A stretch of 59,958 nt of DNA, counting the filler, from Bipalium vagum (Eukaryota), in assembly GCA_037834085.1 (NCBI GenBank). It is 3 parts of 3 records of this genome, joined end to end, with 100 filler letters (N's around TTAATTAATTAA, not from the genome) between each part and the next. Parts side by side here need not be neighbours in the genome. Positions count along the whole stretch, not along the records: positions 41,610 to 59,958 come from JBBMKC010032144.1; 2 more parts are not named here. One strand, 5' to 3'. Positions within the stretch are counted from its first letter, which is position 1. Each line of letters opens with the position of its first letter. Both the position numbers and the translations under genes were made by a program. The notes under the pieces were generated by a model that searched no databases, was not told the DNA's origin, and saw only the letters and a list, made by a program, of their open reading frames with translations. This document shows, piece after piece, positions 52,711-59,958 of this stretch.

Positions 52711-53134
52711 TTTTAGTTTAGTTTAGTCTTTTCAACTATTCTCCTCTCTTTTCTTTCATTATTATTAAAATAAATAAAAAGGTATCTCATTTGATATTGA
52801 ATCCTCTATATTTTATTCTTACGTTGGTTACGAAAACAAGTTATAAAAATGAATTTTACGATTGATTGTTTTAATCTTTGAAAGGAAAAGACCCTCGCCT
52901 TCAGTTTTCTTCATTTTACCTAATAATTTAGTGTCAAAATTTTATTAATAAATATATATGTGGAAAAGGAATTTTATTTTTATTTAACAATTTAAAAAGA
53001 AAAAAGAAACAAAAACAACATTTCGTAAAGTTTAAAACTTAACATTTCGATTTAGTAAATAGTTTTTGTTGTTTTAATAAACGTCTGAAATCTAATTCTT
53101 AATTAAAAATAATGTAATAAATAATCTCACTAAC

Positions 53135-55576
53135 CTCGGATTCCAGACTATCGTTGCCTCTTCTGTCTGCTGCGATCAAAGTAACATGCAGATTTCGAAT
53201 TATCTTAGGAACATGATTAACACAAATAATGGTTTGTGAATCTTCAGAAAGACTTAGGAGACCATTAAAATCTTGTTTTAATCTTAAAAAGCAGCAAGAA
53301 TTCATTCCTCCATTGTCATCAGCGTCTTCGATAAGAAACGGTATGGGTTCACAGACCTGACCCTGTTGTAACATTTCTATGGAGATCATGAGTCTGGATT
53401 TTGATGGGTCAATAAGACGAAACGTTGGTGGACTATCATTAAGATCACGAACGGTTATGACAACCATTGCTTCATGGATCACATCATTGTTGAGTGGACT
53501 TGGGTTTCTCGATTCAACAGCAAATGTGATTGTGGACACCTTTTCTCTATCAATAGACTGTCGAGTTCTTATTTGTCCCGTTACTGAATCTAAGGTTATT
53601 AGTTTACTAGCTCGATTTAAGGGGTCCGGTTTAATATAGAATCTGATATCTTTATTTTCAGCCAAAGAATCTTTATCTGTTGCATTAATTTGACCAATTA
53701 AGTAACCAATTTCTACATTTTCAAACATTGAAAAAGCAAAATGGCTTTGAGAAAACTGGGGTGCATTGTCATTCTGATCCTTTATCCTAATGATAACGGT
53801 TGCTGAACTGCTCAATCGATGAGTATAGCCTTGATCGGTGGCCACTACGAGGAAAGTAAAAAACGATTCCTTTTCGTAATCAAAAGAATGCAAATTGTAC
53901 AGTCTTCCGTGTTGAGAATCGATTCTGAAAAATACAATATTGGAACGGTTTTGGAAGTCGGCTAAATGATAAGCAACTTTTCCGTTCAGATGTAAATCCC
54001 TATCTGTGGCCTGAATAGCCGAATGCATGGTAACCTCTTGGTTGGCCACATTTTCATAAAGGTAACCATTGTAAATGTTTTGTGAAAACTTTGGGGCATT
54101 GTCATTAATATCGTTTATCATGATAAATATACTGCCATTGGTACTGAGAGGAATCTCGTTATCATGATCTTCACAATGAATGACAACGCTTATCTTGGAA
54201 TCAATTAATAATGGATCATTCGCTTCACGATCCAGAATCTGAATAGTTTTCATTTGATACTGTTTGTATAGATTTGCAGGATGACGAATTCTGGATTCGG
54301 TAATCATCAGCATATTTCGAGGAGATATCAACGAACATTGCAATTGATTCGTTGGAGAATCGGAGTCACTGACTTGGATATAAGTCAAAATCGTATTGCT
54401 CGGTGTTCCTTCATCGACCGAGAATCCCCCAGTAATCTGCTGTCCATTTCTTACAAATCTAATTTCCGGACCCATGTCATTGACATTTACAATCTGAATT
54501 CTAATCGATGCAGTTGATGACAACGAGTTCCTTCCAGCGTCTTGAGCAACAATCTTGAACTCGAAAGAATGATAAAGCTGTTCATAGTCTAGAGAAATTA
54601 TGGCTCTAATTTGTGCTTGAACTTTACCTATGGAATGATCAACTATATCAAGAGTAAAGATTTTTCTGATCCATTCATGTCCCAGACTGACCAACTTAAG
54701 ATCAATTCTCCCGTTTTCATCTTCATCTTCATCCGTCACTAAAATAGTAAATATGGGGTCCACAATTACGTTCTCCTTTAACGTTGCTATATAAACGGGC
54801 TTTTCAAATTTCGGGGTATTGTCATTAATGTCTCTGATCTTAATCGTTATCTCCGTTATCCCCGAATTTCGGTTTTCTTCAACTCCATCTACGGCAATTA
54901 AATTGAAACTGTACATAGACGTTTTTTCTCTATCTAGAATGGCTGAGACCATCAAATAAGGTGCCCCGTCTTTCAAATTATTGACCAATTCAAAATCGCT
55001 AGAATTTCCTATTCTGAAAGGAGTCTGTAGCTTATAATAAGCTATACCGTATTTAGTGTCATCAAGATCTTGAGCTACGGGAAGAGAAATTCGGTACCCT
55101 AGTGGTTTGTTTTCTTCTATAAAACAGTATGGAGACTGTACCAAAGGAAATACAGGACGATTGTCATTTTCATCGTCCACAAAAATACGAAGAAAATTAT
55201 ACTGAATCTCCTCGTTGGGATAAGAGAATTGAAATTCTAGTATATGGCAGCAGGTGTGAGCCGATCCACAAAGCTTGATGAATTCCGACATTTTCAGATG
55301 AGGACAGAGCTCTTCTCGGTCAATGTGCTTGGAAACTTTAAGATTGGAATCAGAATCCAAAACAAACAAGCCATTATTGATCACATTACTTATATATATT
55401 TTATAATCACTTGCTTTGGTCGAGTCAATTTTGTTTTTGGAAATCAACAGGTTTTTGAGATTAAGAACAGTCTTATAAATCATTGAATTTTCAGCGATGT
55501 GAAATTCATGAATAAACTGACAATATGTTAAGACTGAAAAAACCAAAATCTGAACAATAATGATAATAATTTGCAT
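53135..55576 (-). CDS. Protocadherin, large first coding exon (signal peptide plus 6 full and a 7th divergent cadherin repeat)
   Basis: Hydrophobic N-terminus, IDREELC, and linkers DENDNRPVF, DINDNTPKF, NVNDMGP, DINDNAPKF, DQNDNAPQF, DLNDSPPTF. Donor GAG|GTTAGT at 53134. TM and cytoplasmic exons not located. Confidence 0.93.
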
Positions 55577-58189
55577 TACTAAATTGAATAAAATGATAAA
55601 AATTCAGATAAAAAATTAAGTTTGGAGAAAAGTAAACATGGAATATTGAGTTTTGCCTAATGTAATTATCTTGTAACAATATTTAATATTATTTCACAAA
55701 TAACCAACGAGGAAAATGATTGGACAAATTTCAGCCAATCAAAAATTTTAAATCTATTTTTAATGTTTCTTTCTAATTACTAAAAAATAAATATCAAGAT
55801 TATTTTTAATTTATTTATTATATAAAGGTTTAAGCGTATTATTACTTGTTTTAAAATGTTTCCGTTATAAAATATTGAACTTTAACAATTTATGCTGGTT
55901 ACAGTTACTAAATACAAATATTAAATGATGATGGAAATATAGTATGATAAAAAATATTTGTAACTGAATATTTAATTCTTAAGTTCATAACTTCTGAACT
56001 ATTATCATAGTAATAATTCATTATTATTATTTTGAATCAACCTACCGTCTTATTTTTCTATTTGTAACTAAACCAAATAACATAAGAAGTCAAAAGTAAA
56101 TTTATCGACATTAACAAAGTTTATGATTATGGTTTGAAAATACATACTTTAAATACTTTGTTAACATAAAACCAAATATTGATTCTCTTTATAACACTCA
56201 AAATCACAAAAGGCTAATTTTCAGTTTGAATATTCTCAAATGATTCCTTGATTTTCTGTTTCATTTCAAACAGAGTGGTATGTAAATGATCAGCATATAT
56301 GGTCTCCTTCAACGGATTCCACTATCAGAAATGACATGGTATGAAATCACAGCTACATGCAGGTATTCTATTGTGAATCCTTTACTAATGACTTGGTTAA
56401 TATTGAAATTGGAGGTAAGCAGGATTTTTGTAGTAATATCATTATGAGAATACCTCCATCCTGTTGTATAATCGCTTTACTAAAATTCCATAAAATACTG
56501 TGGAATGAGATGATCATCAATCATTTGTCGACATATGTCACAATTTACTGATATAGGATTTCCGTTTTCCTCAAAGAAGAATGGTTCAATAATATAGATA
56601 TTATTGAATTCAGAAAATAACGTTATTGATGGGGAAAATAGAAACATATAGATTATTAGTCCATCATATTCTCCTTTAGTTCAATAAAGAATAATGTGCA
56701 TATTTGGTAAGATATGAATAGGAAATTTTGACTCATCGTTCATCCGATATTGTTCAGGATCGTCTCACTAATCTCAAATTTGGAAATAAATTTTTGAAAA
56801 AATGATAGACGGTTCATTTGGCTAGTTTCAGATAACAATTTACCAATTTGTAATTTAGAAAGATTAAGTTTTAATTAATTCAGTAATAAATCTCCATACA
56901 GTTGTATGTGGCACGCCAGATATGTTGTCAATGGTAGCTTATAGACATTAAAGGCAAAGTTTGCTCTGCAACTGACCTTAGGATGTCTCATTTTTGATTT
57001 CGCTTATTTCTCCGATAATCATGAACTGTTTCATATTTCTTAAATTTTGTTATCAGCACATGGACAGTATGATGTTTAGACAAGTGCTATCGCATTTTGG
57101 TATTTCGTGTTGTTCCAAATTCTCGAATACTTTTTTCAATAGATTCACCTTACATGTAGTACAGCTTTATAAGACATACACGGTCTTCATTTGACAAAAT
57201 TTTCATTTATTTAAAAATCAGCGTTATTGCTTTAGATAAACAAATATCTTCTTTTTTTAAAAAATTCTACCCATTTAAATAAAAAATAAAGACGTTAAGT
57301 TAATTTTAATGACCCGGTATATAAAATAATAGAAAATAACATTAATAAAATATAAGTAGTAACCTATTTCAACATAAAAGTATAATAAAATAAAAATTAA
57401 ATCTTTTCTCTAAACTTTTACTTTTAAGCTTGCATAAATTCTTTTATAATCTGGTATAAATAATGAATGAAAATAATAAAATAACAAAATTCTGTGTTCA
57501 TTTATTTACAATAGCAAATAAATTAAATCTTTAAAAAACTAAATTCAAACAAATTCTTTCCTCTGGGATTCATTTTAAATAAATAAGTCTTTTATGTCAA
57601 CAGAATTCTGTCAATTAATCAAATAACAAGGAGAAGAATCGTACAAATTTTTAAGAAAAAAGAAGAACGAGATATGGGTTTGTTTACATATGATTTTCGT
57701 TTTTTTGTCATTTCGTCTGATAACCCTGCGATTCGCATTAATGCAATTAATCTGATGGAGAGATTCAAGATTTCAAGAGATTCGAGCAGAGATTATCAAA
57801 TGATATTTGTAGGAGGTTACACATTTTCCAGTTTTTAGACAAACTTTAGTGAAAACTGGACTGGCCCGTTGAAAGACTCGTGTAAAACCTCTCGATAACT
57901 TAAAATAAAAGAATATTATCAGCAAATTTTGTTTGAATAATATTTCAATTTAAAAATTTAATTGAAAAATATTTATTAGAAAATAAATTTAATTAAATTT
58001 TGAGAGTAAATTTTAAATCTAATTAAATTCTAATGCTTGTTCTATGGTAATTTTAATTAATTTTCTTTATTATTTGTTGAGGGAAATATATTTTCTCTCT
58101 TTTATTTCATTTTTCAATGATAAAGATAAATAAATTTAAAATTGTATTTAACATTATTTTTTAAAATATTAAATTTTTTTGTTGGGATT

Positions 58190-58800
58190 TGCTATTTAAA
58201 AAAGAAAAGATCGACTTTATGGCCTCTATAACGGCATGGGAACCACTTGAATTCCCCTTGTTCTTTTGTGAAATTTGGTCATTCATGATACTTAACCTGC
58301 GGATCCTTTCACGAGTACCAGAAGATATTATATATTATTGTGAAGTGAACCTTGTTGGTTACATAAGGCAAACAACATTACTTATTGTGATGAACTCTTA
58401 TAATGTCTACAGATGTTTTTGCCTGAAAAAGTAAACCTTTGTAAATTCTTGAACACTAATCATGAGTAATTCTCTCTTACATAATCTTTTCAGAAAATAA
58501 TTTAACTATTTCTCAGAACTCACACATTGACTTTGTTATCATTGGGGTTCAACACTTTGCCAAGCTTCTTAAGGAGTGTGGTGGTAGTAAGTTTGATTAC
58601 ATTTAATTACTATTTTTGGAGTGTTTGTGAAGGAGAAGCAAGCAAACAACCCCATTCAAATATAAAAGCTGTTAAAATATTAAAGATGTTAAAATATTCA
58701 TGGATACAAAAAATCTAATTAAAGAGTGTTCAAGATTTCGAAGTCGAGTTGAGCCTATCATTACAACAAATGGAAACCTTTTTGAAAAATTCGAAAGGAA
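58190..58800 (+). mobile_element. Degenerate maT (DD37D)-like transposase
   Basis: RVPEDIIY, FNYYFWSVCEGEASKQPHSN (cf. LDYYVWGVVE...PH.N) and CSRFRSRVEPIITTNGNLFE. Confidence 0.7.
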
Positions 58801-58929
58801 ATAACTATTTTCGTGTATTTATAGACAGCAATTTATTTATATAATAATATAATATATAAGACTTCTAAACGATGCTGTTTCATTTATTTTTGTCAATCTA
58901 TCGCGCTCGTCTTGGATATTAATCTTTAT

Positions 58930-59200
58930 TTTATTCCAAAAAAATACTACCATTGCTTTCGATTACCGGTTTTCAACGTGGTAGTAAGCCTGTCATGCTA
59001 ATTTCATTTAACATTCGGAGTTATTATTCAAATACTCCCTGTCATCCTCAATTGAAGCAGGTCGTTGTATCTCCCGATTATTTTGAATTGATAGGAATAG
59101 ATGAAAATCTGAAAGAGTACATCTGTCGAGTACGATGAGCGCTACATTGTTTCCCAAACGAGGTCAGATAGTTTGTGTTTGGTTGCTATTAATAAATTTT
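58930..59200 (-). mobile_element. Mariner C-terminal fragment
   Basis: SYSTDV/SDFHLFLSIQN (cf. PYSPDLAPSDFHLFRSLQN) and R*KPVIESNG. Confidence 0.65.
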
Positions 59201-59958
59201 CATTATAAACAAATTTGAATAATTATGCAATACTTTAATATTTGATTATTATAAATAATATATTATCTAGTTTGTTTATGTTTACGTGGAGTTTGGGCTA
59301 CCGTAGGTCAATATGATTCAGAACCAAAAATAAAATAAAATAATGCAATTATATTAAAGCAATAAAATTATTATTGAAATAATAGATATCTTGAAAAAAG
59401 TTTTACAAAATTAAATAATCGTGAGGTAAATTTGATAAATATTTATTTTATTAATTTAATTTGTTTTTATGCAATTTAATGTCAATAATTTTTATTTCGA
59501 TTTAACGATCTTAAAGTGTGACAATAACGTTATTAGTTAAAGTGTCTTAAAAATATTGATTTTTATCACTGTGGAAAATTAAGCGACGATAAATTTGCGG
59601 GTGATATCTGAGAAAAATGTTGAGGACTCAAATATTTTCCTATTTAAACACGTTAAAGAAAAACAAAAAATGAAAATATATTTAGGTTGGATGATCCTAT
59701 TTCATTGATAGGATCAAATTATGGTCGACATCTCAAGGATCAGTAACCGATCTATCTTTGTTAAAGCTAAAATTTTAACTTCTTAGCTCAATAAACTTAA
59801 TAAACGATATAACTATCTCTATTAAATTCTTTACTTCATTATTTTTTATTTTAATATATTTGTTTTTTTTTAATACAAATTGCCATTAATATGTAGGTTG
59901 TAGCAAAACCGAGAAAATAAACTTGTTTGTCAATTTATTTTATAAAATTATTTTTTAT

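Noticed and set aside
13504-55576. PRMT5-CLASP-protocadherin as a functional gene cluster
   Set aside because: The genes are on three separately joined contigs and have no evident shared pathway.

Overview
Very AT-rich eukaryotic (animal) genomic DNA. A planarian-like flatworm is my inference from composition, the 41-60 nt introns and the protocadherin style. The window is not one continuous molecule: two artificial 100-bp spacers (N44-TTAATTAATTAA-N44 at 21474-21573 and 41510-41609) divide it into three contigs, and there is a plain N gap at 44669-44842. Contig 1 holds a decayed endogenous Polinton/Maverick (adintovirus-like) element at ~110-9450. It carries protein-primed PolB on +, and an HTH ORF, penton/minor capsid, pX-like core protein and an apparently single-frame PLA2-integrase(-chromo) gene on -. 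Contig 1 also has LTR-like repeats, two MITEs, a multi-exon PRMT5 gene and a Ty3/Gypsy gag-RT relic. Contig 2 holds a multi-exon CLASP gene that apparently starts at TOG2, with a GC-AG intron and several symmetric candidate cassette exons. Contig 3 holds the large first exon of a 7-EC protocadherin amid remnants of mariner, maT, DD37E and pogo elements, plus three possible env-like glycoprotein relics. All protein calls come from manual translation and motif recognition; no database search was run. Boundaries of decayed elements are approximate.
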